A stretch of 64,000 bases of DNA, from NCBI GenBank assembly GCA_004297825.1, contig SCSX01000068.1, forward strand, positions 28,651 to 92,650, in the 5' to 3' direction. A program made the translations under genes and the position numbers. Under the pieces are notes generated by a model. The model was not told where the DNA came from, did no database searches, and saw only the letters and a list, made by a program, of their open reading frames with translations. The DNA is from Spirochaetota bacterium (GTDB lineage: Bacteria > Spirochaetota > UBA4802 > UBA5368). Below are positions 53,660 through 62,628 of the stretch, in pieces; position 1 is the first letter of the stretch, and the number at the start of each line of letters is the position of its first letter.

Positions 53660-54622
53660 TCAGTCGACGTTCACCACCCGGTTGCGTCCCAGTTCTTTCG
53701 CGCGGTAGAGCGAGACGTCCGCCTTTTCCTTGAAGTGCTCGAATTCCGAAGCCGTTTCCGGGTACGCACTGATGCCGATACTCGCGCTCAACGCCGCCGA
53801 TCCTCCCGCGAGCTGCTTCGAGAAATCGTGACCTTCTACGCCGGCGCGAATCTTTTCGGCTATCGCGTGCGCCCTGTCGAGGTTCGCCTCCGGAAGCAGC
53901 ACCGAAAACTCGTCCCCCCCGTAGCGCGCGAGTATGCCGTGATCCTGGATCACACCCTTGATGATGAGAACGATCTCGAGCAAAACGGCGTTTCCCGTAT
54001 CGAGCCCCAGGCCTTCGTTGATTTCGCGGAAATGGTCGATGTCGATCATGAGGAGCGCGAGCGGCTTGCCGTTGTTCACGGATATGCTGAAAAAGCTTTC
54101 CATCGCGTCGTCCAGGAATTCCCGGTTGTACACGCCCGTGAGCTCGTCGGTGATCACGCGCCGGCTCGCCTCCTCACCCCACTGGACGATATCGGCGAGG
54201 AAGTTGCTCGAGTCGCGCAGGTGCCGCACGGTGAGTGAGAGCAGGCTGGAGATGAACCGTACACCGGCCTCGTGATGCTCCTCGATGAACGCGCGCAGCT
54301 CCGATTCGGGAACCGTCAGGAGCACGCTTTTTTCGGCGGCCTGGTAGGCGCTCAGGGCGGGCTTCTTCCCGAACAGCGATATCTCCCCGAAAAAATCCCC
54401 CGGGCGGTATTCGTGCCGCTTGCGCTCCATGCTCCCGGGCAGCGCCGCGGTGCTGATAATTTTCCCGTGCGCCACGATGAGCAGGTCCTCATTCATCTCG
54501 TTACGCGAAAGCACAATCTCCCCTTTCTCGCAGGTGCGCGCGGTAAAATACGAACCCAGCGTCTTCAGCTCCGCATCCGTGAGTCCCGAGAACACGGGGA
54601 AGCTTTTCGGCAGCGCGGTCAT
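53660..54622 (-). CDS. cNMP-binding-domain / GGDEF diguanylate cyclase
   Basis: 320-aa ORF. The CAP_ED-like N-terminus contains FFGEISLFGKKPALSAYQA, which lacks the phosphate-binding Arg. It has a canonical RYGGDEFSVLL and KADVSLYRAKELGRNRV. The base-contact region reads INEGLGLDTGNAVL instead of ND.yGH..GD.vL. Confidence 0.9.
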   Translation of the reverse strand: MTALPKSFPVFSGLTDAELKTLGSYFTARTCEKGEIVLSRNEMNEDLLIVAHGKIISTAALPGSMERKRHEYRPGDFFGEISLFGKKPALSAYQAAEKSVLLTVPESELRAFIEEHHEAGVRFISSLLSLTVRHLRDSSNFLADIVQWGEEASRRVITDELTGVYNREFLDDAMESFFSISVNNGKPLALLMIDIDHFREINEGLGLDTGNAVLLEIVLIIKGVIQDHGILARYGGDEFSVLLPEANLDRAHAIAEKIRAGVEGHDFSKQLAGGSAALSASIGISAYPETASEFEHFKEKADVSLYRAKELGRNRVVNVD

Positions 54623-54635
54623 GGGCGGACCCCCT

Positions 54636-55661
54636 TCATACGAGCACCCTGTTTCCCCCGGCGCTTCGCGCCCCGGACATCTTGCGATGCGCGGCCGTGA
54701 CCAGCCCGGCGCTCGTCTCGGCGTCGTCGGGGTACAGCGCGATGCCCACGCTCACCCGTATGCGCTCCTCGCCGGAATCGATTATCCGCGAAAGGCTCAT
54801 GGTCCTGAACGCGGCGTTGATTTCTTTCGCCTTCTTCACGGCCTCGTCCTTTCCGGCGCCGGGAAGTATTGCCGCGTACTCGTCGCCGCGGTATCGGACC
54901 CCTATGTCGTTCTCCCCGAGCTCGGACTGCAGAAAGATGGCCATGAGGTTGAGCACGCGGTCCCCCGCCTCGTGCCCGTACCGGTCGTTGATATCCTTGA
55001 AATTGTCGGGCTTGAGCATGAGCAGGGCGGCGCGTTTCCCGAAATCCGGGAGCAGGTTCACGAAGTCCTCCTTGAGGAAGACCTGGTTGTAGAGGCCGGT
55101 CATCTTGTCGCGCAGGAGCTGTTTGCGCAGGTCCATGAGCCACTGCGATTTTTCCATGAGGAGGCGGTTCACGTGCCAGATCCTTCCGGCGATGACACCC
55201 AGGAGCCGGTAGAGCATGCCCCCCCACAGGTAGGGGTGCTCGCGGAAAATCGTCTCCGGGGAATGCCCCCGCGCGGGAAATCCGAGCAGGACGGAATCGA
55301 CGTCCGCGAGCGCGGTCGCGCTGCGCGGGCTCCTTGCCAGGAAATCTATTTCGCCGAACGACTCGGACTCGGCGATGTGGGCGATCACCGCGTCGGCGCC
55401 CTCGTGGTCCACGGTGATGATCCCGACCCTGCCCCGGTCAACGACGTGGAAGGAATCCGCCGCGGACCCCTGGGTGAAAATCACCTGGCCGCGGACGAAA
55501 GCGGTGAATTCGCAGTGTCGGGCGATCGTGTCGAGCTCGTATTCCCGCAGGGGCGAGAGCACGTCCACCCGGCGCAGCAACTCAACCATGCGTTCATGGC
55601 GCGTCGCGTCGGTGGAGTGCCGGAGCGGGGTCGCCCGCGAATCGATGCGTTCGACGCCCAC
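54636..55661 (-). CDS. cNMP-binding-domain / degenerate GGDEF protein (RGDEY)
   Basis: 341-aa ORF. It has a canonical cNMP cassette (FGEIDFLARSPRSATALA) and a GGDEF domain with an intact DNFKDINDRYGHEAGDRVL. The signature motif is RYRGDEYAAIL, and the C-terminal AD.ALY.AK is degenerate (AAHRKMSGAR). Confidence 0.85.
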   Translation of the reverse strand: MGVERIDSRATPLRHSTDATRHERMVELLRRVDVLSPLREYELDTIARHCEFTAFVRGQVIFTQGSAADSFHVVDRGRVGIITVDHEGADAVIAHIAESESFGEIDFLARSPRSATALADVDSVLLGFPARGHSPETIFREHPYLWGGMLYRLLGVIAGRIWHVNRLLMEKSQWLMDLRKQLLRDKMTGLYNQVFLKEDFVNLLPDFGKRAALLMLKPDNFKDINDRYGHEAGDRVLNLMAIFLQSELGENDIGVRYRGDEYAAILPGAGKDEAVKKAKEINAAFRTMSLSRIIDSGEERIRVSVGIALYPDDAETSAGLVTAAHRKMSGARSAGGNRVLV

Positions 55662-55664
55662 CCC

Positions 55665-56219
55665 CTACTCTCCCTCCGCCCACCCGCGGACGAAGGCGCG
55701 CTGCTCCGTGGTTTCGGGCGAAGGCAGCCGGGCGGACGAATCCCCGGCGCGCAGTATCCGTATGCGCTCGAGCGCGGCGTCGCCCACGGCAATCCCGTGG
55801 CGCGCGAGGTAGCAGCCAATCGCGGTCCCCGTGCGGCCGCGTCCCCCCCAGCAATGCAGGTACACCGGCTTGTCCTTCGCCAGCGCGGCGTCGATGCGCG
55901 AGAGTATCCGCTTCATGACCTTCTCCACGGGGACGCTCTTGTCGCGCACCGGGATGCGTATCATCTCGATCTTGATGTCGCGCTCCAGTGCGAGCGCTTC
56001 GAGCTCCTGCTCGTAGGGAACAAAGGAATGACCCTGGAGATCGGTCTCGTTTTTTTCCATGAGATTGATGACGACGCGTATGCCCGCGTCCAGAAGGCCG
56101 GTCAGCTTCCTGGTCGTATCGCGCGGCTCCTTGTCCCCGGGATAGCAGCCTGCGAGGAGCCTTCCGGGCTCCACCCAGTAAGAGCGCAAAAAGGGGATAA
56201 GATGCAATGGGGATTTCAT
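55665..56219 (-). CDS. Cys-based protein tyrosine/dual-specificity phosphatase-like protein
   Basis: The ORF 55665-56384 is trimmed to MKSPLHLIPFLRSYWV (ATG at 56219). The CX5R P-loop is HCWGGRGRTGT. Its stop is 3 nt from the next gene start. Confidence 0.8.
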   Translation of the reverse strand: MKSPLHLIPFLRSYWVEPGRLLAGCYPGDKEPRDTTRKLTGLLDAGIRVVINLMEKNETDLQGHSFVPYEQELEALALERDIKIEMIRIPVRDKSVPVEKVMKRILSRIDAALAKDKPVYLHCWGGRGRTGTAIGCYLARHGIAVGDAALERIRILRAGDSSARLPSPETTEQRAFVRGWAEGE

Positions 56220-56518
56220 AAAAGTACTAACCTTCGTCAAGTGTTGTTCACCCGGTCGGGGGTGCGCGGAATTTCCCCCTGGGCGCGTGAAAAAATCCTC
56301 CTGGAAACCCGCGCATCGCGCCCAGCCCGGAAATTTTCTCGATACGCGGATAGTGGCACAGATCGGGGAATAATGCAATATCATTTTTTCTTTCCCCGGC
56401 GGAATGCGCGGGCGGGAGCAGGCAAACTTCGTCTTCTTCGCGCTCCAGATGGCCGGCTGGTACCTCTTGGGGGCTACCGGCTCCGATAGACGTCATTCAT
56501 TGGGTGCGCCCCGTACCG

Positions 56519-59500
56519 CTACGGCACCTCGAACCCGATGAGCACGATGTCATCCTCGAGCGGGCGCAGGCCCCGGTGGGCGTACACCTCCCCCATGATG
56601 CCGTCGAGCGTTTCGCCCAGCCCCGGCCTGCTTGCGCGCGCGATCACGTCCCTCATCTCGTCGAAGCCGAGCAGCTTTCCACTCTCGTTCTGCGCCTCGG
56701 GGATGCCGTCGGTATAGAGGAACAGCCTGTCGCCCGGATTGAGCGTTACGGTTTTCTCCTCGTACATCATGCCCGGTATCGCCCCCAGTATGGTGCCCTT
56801 CGCGTTCAGGAGCTCGATCGAGTCCGCGGAGCGGCGGTGGAGGATGGGCATGGGATGGCCCCCGTTCGAGAACACGAATTCCAGCGGACCGGTTTCGTCG
56901 CGGTACCGGAACAGGCCGTAGATCGCGGTTATGAAATTGGCGTCCATGTACTGGATCAGTTCGTCGTTCAGCATGCCAAGGTACTCCCCCGGGCTCGAAC
57001 CGTGCCGCCTGCAGACACGGTCAGTCGCTGCTTTTAGAAGCGACAGGAACAGCGCCGCCGCGACGCCGTGTCCCACCACGTCGCCCAGGAATATGCCAAG
57101 CCCGATATCCTCGAAATTGGCGAACGAAAAATAATCGCCCCCCACGGCATAATGCGGCAGGTAGCGGTACTCGGTCCGTATCCGTTCGTTCCCGGGCGCG
57201 CGCCTCGGGAGGAACCTGCTCTGCACCAGCTGCGCGATCCTGAGGTCCTCCTCCATCGCCAGGTTGCGCTGGCGCAGCTCGCCTTCGCTCTCCTTGAGCG
57301 CCTCCTCAACCCTCTTCCGTTCGGTGATGTCCTGCGTCGTGCCGAACCCCCCGCGCAGGTCCCCGTCGTTGTCGTATTCGAGCTCGGCGCGCTCGCGCAC
57401 CCACCTCGTGATCCCGTGCGCGACGATCCGGTGCTCGATATCGTAGGGCCTGCCCCGCAGCCCCTCGCTCCACATCTTGTCGACATAGGCGCGGTCATCG
57501 GCGTGCACCGTCGAGAGGAAGGTGTCGTAGGTGAGCTGCGTGCCATGGGCGATTCCGAAAATGCGATGGTTCTCGTCCGACCAGCGAAGCTCGTTGGTGC
57601 GCACGTCGAGCCGCCAGCTGCCCGTCATCGCCACGGCCTGCGCGCGGTTGAGGTCCTCCCGGCTCTCGCGCAATTCGCGCGCGACCCTGGCGTGCTCCGC
57701 CCGCAGGCGCAGCGTCGTGATCCCGTACGCGAGGTCGTTCGCGATTTCCATGAGCAGGCCCGTCTCGCTTTCGGAGAATGGATCCTTTTCAGTGGAGTAG
57801 ATGCTCAGCGCGCCCATGACGCGGCCTTCGTATACGAGGGGGAGCGATATCGATGAGAAATAGCCCCGGGCCAGCGCCTGGGCGCGCCAGGGGGCGAAGG
57901 CGGGATCGGTATCGATGTTTCGACATGCAACCGGTTTTCCGGTGCGAACCGCCGTACCCGTGGGCCCCCGTCCCCGCTCTGAATCGCTCCAGGTGAGATT
58001 CAGGGTCTCCAGGTATCCCTTCTCGAACCCCGCGAAGGCCGCGGGCCGGACCGATTTGGCCGCATCCTCCTCGGCGAACCCGATCCATACCATGGAATGA
58101 CCGCAATCCTCGACGATAATCCGGCATACCTCGTTCAGGTATGCCATTTCGTCCTCGCCGGCGCGCATCATCGCCTTGCTGCTTTCACCCATCGCCTTAA
58201 GGGTCCGGTTAAGCCTTCGGAGCTCGTCCTCCCTTCTCCTGCGATCGGTCACGTCGCGCACGATCATGTAACGCCTGCCCGGCAGCGAATCGGAACCCGC
58301 GCTCCTGCCGTGCGCCTCGACGTAGATCCTGTCGCCGTCCTCACGGAGCAGCGCAAGCTCGGTGTCGCTATCGCGATTGAGCCGGATGTCTTCCATGATC
58401 CGTTCACGATCCTCGGGGGCGATCATGCCTGTCATCTGCATCCCCTTGAGCCCGCCAACGGACCTGCCCATCATGAGGGCGAACTGCTCGTTGCAGTCGA
58501 TGATCACGCCGTTTTCGCTCATGACGATCCCCTCGAACGTGGCCGACGCGAATCGCGAGAGGCGCTCCTCGCTCTCCCGCAGCGCCTGCTCCGCGCGCTT
58601 CTGCTCGGTGATATCGTTCGAGATTGTGGCAAACGTGCCGGGGCTCGGCGAGATCGCGGAAATGCTGAAGTGCCTGTTCAGGGGAGCGAAATACGCCTCG
58701 AATTTTTCCGGCTCCCCCGTCGTCGCGACGCGGGCGTACACGTCGAGGAAGGGCGCCGTCTCCGTACCGTAAAGGTCGGTCGCAAGCGCGCCTAACGCGT
58801 GTTCGCGCGGGATCCCGGTGACCGCGGTGAAGGCGGGATTGGCGTCGATAATACGGTAGTTCACGACGGCGCCCTTTTTATCCAGGACCGCCTCGTGAAG
58901 GACCGTGAGCTCGCTCAGCGCGTTGTAGAGGGAGCGGTACCTGGTCTCGTGTTCGCGCAGGGCGCCCTCGATCTGCATGCGCTCGAGTATCTCGGACTGG
59001 AGCCGCGCGTTCGCGGACACGAGCTCGCCGGTCCGCCGCGCCACCAGCTCTTCCAGGCGGAGCCGGTAGGCGTCCAGCTCCGTTTCCGCGCGCTTGCGCT
59101 CAGAAATATCAAGGCCCATTTCCAGCACGAGAATCGACCCGTCCGTGTCGACGAAGGGGAAATCGGATATATCGTACTGCCGGCCGTCGGGGCCGGCCCA
59201 CTCCCACCGCGAGGGTGCCATGGTAGTGAGCGCGGTGAAGGTCTTGCAGTTCTTGCACGGGGCGCTTCGCTCGAAAAGGAATTCGTAGCAGCGGCGCCCG
59301 CCCGAATCGCCGAAACGCTCTTTGAAGAACCGGTTGGCGAACGAAACCCGGTAATCGGCCGTGAGAAGGACCACGTACGCGGGGAGCACGTCCAGAACCT
59401 CGTTGAAGCGCCGGCGCTCCGCGTTCAGGGACTGCACGGCCTCGTTGAGCGCACTGGTCCGGTCCTGTACGCGCGATTCCAGCTCGGCGTGAGCCTTACG

Positions 59501-60583
59501 GAGCCCCTCCTCGGCGATCTTCCGCGAGAGGGCGATCCCTATGCTGGCCCCGATCCCCTCGAAATATTCCAGCAGCCCGGGCGTGAACGCGTCCGCGCGG
59601 CTGTCGTTCAGCTGGAGGAGCCCGATCGTGTCCTCCCCCGATTTTAACGGGATAAGCGCGACCGACCGGTAGCCCACGGCGAAACAGCGCCCCCTGACGC
59701 GGATTTCCAGTTCTTTCAGATCGCGGGACGCGAGAAGCCCGGGGGCGTCGTTCGTCCAGAAACCGCCGTTCCCCGTGCGCTCGCCCAGCCCGGGGGGAAT
59801 TTGATCGCGCATAACGGCCCCGCACAGGCACTCCAGCACCGGCCTCCCCTGCGCATCAAGTGCGGGGGCCCCGTCCGGGTCGTACCCCAGGAGGCTCGAT
59901 TCGCTCTTTACGAAATCCCTGGTGAATCCCTCGGTCTCGATATAAGGATAATCACCGTTGTCCCTGAGCCTGATACCCACCGCCTCGATGTCGGCATACC
60001 GCCGGATGAGGGCGACTATTTCCCTTATGGCCTCCCCCATGGGTACGGACTTGTTGAGGACATCGAGCACGCGCACCGCGAGCTGCATCCGCAGCTCGGC
60101 GGTCTTGTGCTCGGTAATATCCAGGACGAAGCCGTTCAGCCGTTCAAGGCGGCCATCACCGTTGGTAACGGCGGTACATGTATTCGAGACCCACCGGAGT
60201 TTGCCGTCCTTACGGATGATCCGGTGCTCGATCGTGTTGGTTCTCCTGTCCTCATTCACCCGCCTGAGGAAATCGTTCACCCTTTCCCTGTCCGACGCGT
60301 GGATCATGGAATACCACAGTGCGGGATTTTTCAAGTAGTCTTCGGGGCTGTACCCCGTGACCTCCCGCGACCGTTCGCTGTGATAGGTGGAGGTTAGCCC
60401 GTCATGCGAATAGCTCACGCTGTAGATATACTCCTGAATATTCTGGATGAGCGCCTCGTACCTGTTTTCCTGGTCGTCCAGCATGCCCTGGAACAGGTCG
60501 CGCATTTCATTTTCATCGAGCGGTCCCTGAATGACCAGGTCCCTGAATCGACCGGCGTCGTCTCTGGTTGCCTCGTTTTCCAT
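56519..60583 (-). CDS. Giant cytoplasmic sensor: about 6 PAS and 2-3 GAF domains with a C-terminal PP2C/SpoIIE-type Ser/Thr phosphatase
   Basis: 1354-aa ORF with many PAS-like blocks (for example YEALIQNIQEYIYSV, FNEVLDVLPAYVVLL, YRSLYNALSELTVL, LSRFASATFEGIVMS) and GAF-like segments. The C-terminus YAVGGDYFSF...FLGDVVGHGVAAALF...LFLYTDGIPEA...DDIVLIGFEV gives the SpoIIE signature. Confidence 0.9.
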   Translation of the reverse strand: MENEATRDDAGRFRDLVIQGPLDENEMRDLFQGMLDDQENRYEALIQNIQEYIYSVSYSHDGLTSTYHSERSREVTGYSPEDYLKNPALWYSMIHASDRERVNDFLRRVNEDRRTNTIEHRIIRKDGKLRWVSNTCTAVTNGDGRLERLNGFVLDITEHKTAELRMQLAVRVLDVLNKSVPMGEAIREIVALIRRYADIEAVGIRLRDNGDYPYIETEGFTRDFVKSESSLLGYDPDGAPALDAQGRPVLECLCGAVMRDQIPPGLGERTGNGGFWTNDAPGLLASRDLKELEIRVRGRCFAVGYRSVALIPLKSGEDTIGLLQLNDSRADAFTPGLLEYFEGIGASIGIALSRKIAEEGLRKAHAELESRVQDRTSALNEAVQSLNAERRRFNEVLDVLPAYVVLLTADYRVSFANRFFKERFGDSGGRRCYEFLFERSAPCKNCKTFTALTTMAPSRWEWAGPDGRQYDISDFPFVDTDGSILVLEMGLDISERKRAETELDAYRLRLEELVARRTGELVSANARLQSEILERMQIEGALREHETRYRSLYNALSELTVLHEAVLDKKGAVVNYRIIDANPAFTAVTGIPREHALGALATDLYGTETAPFLDVYARVATTGEPEKFEAYFAPLNRHFSISAISPSPGTFATISNDITEQKRAEQALRESEERLSRFASATFEGIVMSENGVIIDCNEQFALMMGRSVGGLKGMQMTGMIAPEDRERIMEDIRLNRDSDTELALLREDGDRIYVEAHGRSAGSDSLPGRRYMIVRDVTDRRRREDELRRLNRTLKAMGESSKAMMRAGEDEMAYLNEVCRIIVEDCGHSMVWIGFAEEDAAKSVRPAAFAGFEKGYLETLNLTWSDSERGRGPTGTAVRTGKPVACRNIDTDPAFAPWRAQALARGYFSSISLPLVYEGRVMGALSIYSTEKDPFSESETGLLMEIANDLAYGITTLRLRAEHARVARELRESREDLNRAQAVAMTGSWRLDVRTNELRWSDENHRIFGIAHGTQLTYDTFLSTVHADDRAYVDKMWSEGLRGRPYDIEHRIVAHGITRWVRERAELEYDNDGDLRGGFGTTQDITERKRVEEALKESEGELRQRNLAMEEDLRIAQLVQSRFLPRRAPGNERIRTEYRYLPHYAVGGDYFSFANFEDIGLGIFLGDVVGHGVAAALFLSLLKAATDRVCRRHGSSPGEYLGMLNDELIQYMDANFITAIYGLFRYRDETGPLEFVFSNGGHPMPILHRRSADSIELLNAKGTILGAIPGMMYEEKTVTLNPGDRLFLYTDGIPEAQNESGKLLGFDEMRDVIARASRPGLGETLDGIMGEVYAHRGLRPLEDDIVLIGFEVP

Positions 60584-60999
60584 ATACGCGCACGTACCTC
60601 TCTATGATGGTATTCCTACGTCGCAGACTGAATTATCGGCCCTCGTCACGACTGGCCTGTGTTCCTGAAATTTGAACCGGGCGGCTGCTGAGGCCGGGCG
60701 AACAGGAATTAAGCAGCCCGATTTTCCGAAAAAAGTCACCCTGCGTCCTGTACGCCTTTACCCGGAGCTGAATGCGATACGCTGCCCGTTGTGCAGCATC
60801 ACCCGGAAGGCCCTGAACGCGTCTGTGCGGCGATCGGTTTCCGCCTATAAATATACTAACAATCGGGAGGGGGGGCAAATTCCCGCTTTCCCCGGTCCGC
60901 GGAGTTCCGAATTGTGCTTGGCCTCGCGGCGTCCGGCCCCTAGAATGCGCACGGGGATAGGCACCCCGGCAATGCCGCAGGCTAAAGGAGGAACAGACA

Positions 61000-62145
61000 A
61001 TGGCGAAGGTAGCGCTGGTGCGCTGTGAAAGCTACGAGTACCCGGAGGTCAGGCGCGCGGTAGAGCGCGGTGTTGCGCTTATAGGCGGAATCGGGGCGTT
61101 CGTGGCCAAGGGCCAGCGCGTGCTCCTCAAGCCGAACCTCCTCGTGGGGGACGCGCCCGAGAAGTGCGTGAACACCCACCATACCGTCTTCAGGGCCGTT
61201 GCCGAGATGATCCTCGCGACCGGCGCGTATGCGAGCTTCGGGGACTCCCCGGCGGTGGGTTCTGCGACGGGGGCCGCGCGGAAATGCGGCATCCTCGCCG
61301 TCGCGGATGAGCTTGGCGTTTCGGAAGCGGATTTCAAAACACCGGTCGAGGTCTTCCACGAAAAGGGCGTGCAGAACAGGAAGTTCGTCGTGGCGAAGGC
61401 CGTGCTGGATAACGACGTGATTGTGAGCCTCCCCAAGCTCAAGACGCACGCCTTCGAAAAGTTTACCGGCTGCGTGAAGAACCAGTTCGGCTGCATCCCG
61501 GGCGTGCGCAAGGGCGAGTACCACATCAAGCTCCCCGACGCCGGGATGTTCGCACAGATGCTCGTGGACCTGAACGGCTTCGTGAAACCGGCCCTTTACG
61601 TGATGGATGGCATTCATGCGATGGAGGGAAACGGCCCGCGCGGGGGGAAACCCAGGGCAATGAACGTGCTCCTGTTTTCATCGGACCCGATCGCCCTGGA
61701 CGCGACCGTCTGCCGCATGATCAACGTGAACCCAGAGTACGTGCCCACGGTGAAATTCGGGCACGCGGCGGGCATGGGGGTCTGGCGGGAAGCCGACATC
61801 GAGCTGCTCGGCGACGACCCGGGGGGATTCCGGGTTCCCGATTTCGATATCGACCGCGCCCCCCTGAAGCCGTACCGGGCGAGGGGTTTCATGCGATTCC
61901 TGAGCAACCGCTTCGTCCCGAAACCGTTCATAATAAAGGAAAAATGCGTCGCCTGCGGCGTATGCGTCCAGATGTGCCCCACGGTTCCCAAGTCGGTCGA
62001 CTGGTTCGACGGGGACACGAAGCGGCCGCCCTCGCACAATTACCGGACCTGCATCCGCTGCTACTGCTGCCAGGAGCTGTGCCCCGAGAGCGCGATCGAG
62101 CTCAGGTTCCCGCTCATCAGGCGGGCGCTGGGCGGAAAGCGGTGA
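61000..62145 (+). CDS. DUF362-domain protein with a C-terminal 2x[4Fe-4S] ferredoxin motif
   Basis: 381-aa ORF. MAKVALVRCESYEY...RVLLKPNLL...THH is typical DUF362. The C-terminal CVACGVCVQMCP and CIRCYCCQELCP follow. A strong RBS (AAAGGAGG) precedes the start. Confidence 0.8.
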   Translation: MAKVALVRCESYEYPEVRRAVERGVALIGGIGAFVAKGQRVLLKPNLLVGDAPEKCVNTHHTVFRAVAEMILATGAYASFGDSPAVGSATGAARKCGILAVADELGVSEADFKTPVEVFHEKGVQNRKFVVAKAVLDNDVIVSLPKLKTHAFEKFTGCVKNQFGCIPGVRKGEYHIKLPDAGMFAQMLVDLNGFVKPALYVMDGIHAMEGNGPRGGKPRAMNVLLFSSDPIALDATVCRMINVNPEYVPTVKFGHAAGMGVWREADIELLGDDPGGFRVPDFDIDRAPLKPYRARGFMRFLSNRFVPKPFIIKEKCVACGVCVQMCPTVPKSVDWFDGDTKRPPSHNYRTCIRCYCCQELCPESAIELRFPLIRRALGGKR

Positions 62146-62295
62146 GGGCCGCACCTGGTGACGGCGACGGCGGCGCGAATCCCGGATGCGACGCGCACGG
62201 ATACTAGTTTCACATAACGGCACGGGAAGCGACGGGAAGCCAGGTTTTTTCGGGGGCCGATAACGCCGGTGTGCCGGTTCAACCCCCGGCGGCGA

Positions 62296-62613
62296 TCAAT
62301 GCGCGAGCTTGAGCCCGATCACGCCCATTATGATGAGCCCGACGGATGCGACGCGCAGGAAATCGGACGGGTCGTCATAGACGAGTATACCCACGATGAA
62401 GGTGCCCGCGGCACCGATCCCCGTCCAGACAGCGTAGGCCGTGCCCAGGGGAATCGTGCGCTGCGCAAGCCAGAGGAGGTACCCGCTCATTCCCATCGAG
62501 ACCGCCGCGAGGACGATCCCCCAGGCCTTGTGCGCCGTCGTCTGCGAAACCTTGAGTCCCAGCGGCCAGCCTATTTCGCATACCCCCGCCAGCAGCAGAA
62601 ATAACCAGTCCAT
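62296..62613 (-). CDS. sugE: SMR-family small multidrug/guanidinium exporter (SugE/Gdx type)
   Basis: 105-aa ORF. MDWLFLLLAGVCEIGWPLGLK...PLGTAYAVWTGIGAAGT...GLIIMGVIGLKLAH aligns closely with my recollection of E. coli SugE. Confidence 0.85.
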   Translation of the reverse strand: MDWLFLLLAGVCEIGWPLGLKVSQTTAHKAWGIVLAAVSMGMSGYLLWLAQRTIPLGTAYAVWTGIGAAGTFIVGILVYDDPSDFLRVASVGLIIMGVIGLKLAH

Positions 62614-62628
62614 GGCGCCCCCTTACGA

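Noticed and set aside
60930-60999. Possible c-di-GMP riboswitch upstream of the DUF362 gene.
   Set aside because: Only a superficial resemblance (gcgcacgggga...). The segment is too short and lacks the paired GEMM stems as I remember them.
62183-62357. 15-nt exact direct repeat cggatgcgacgcgca at 62183-62197 and 62343-62357, flanking the 3' end of sugE.
   Set aside because: The repeat is short and GC-rich, and the flanks do not extend the match convincingly. It cannot be distinguished from chance or microhomology without genome-wide statistics.
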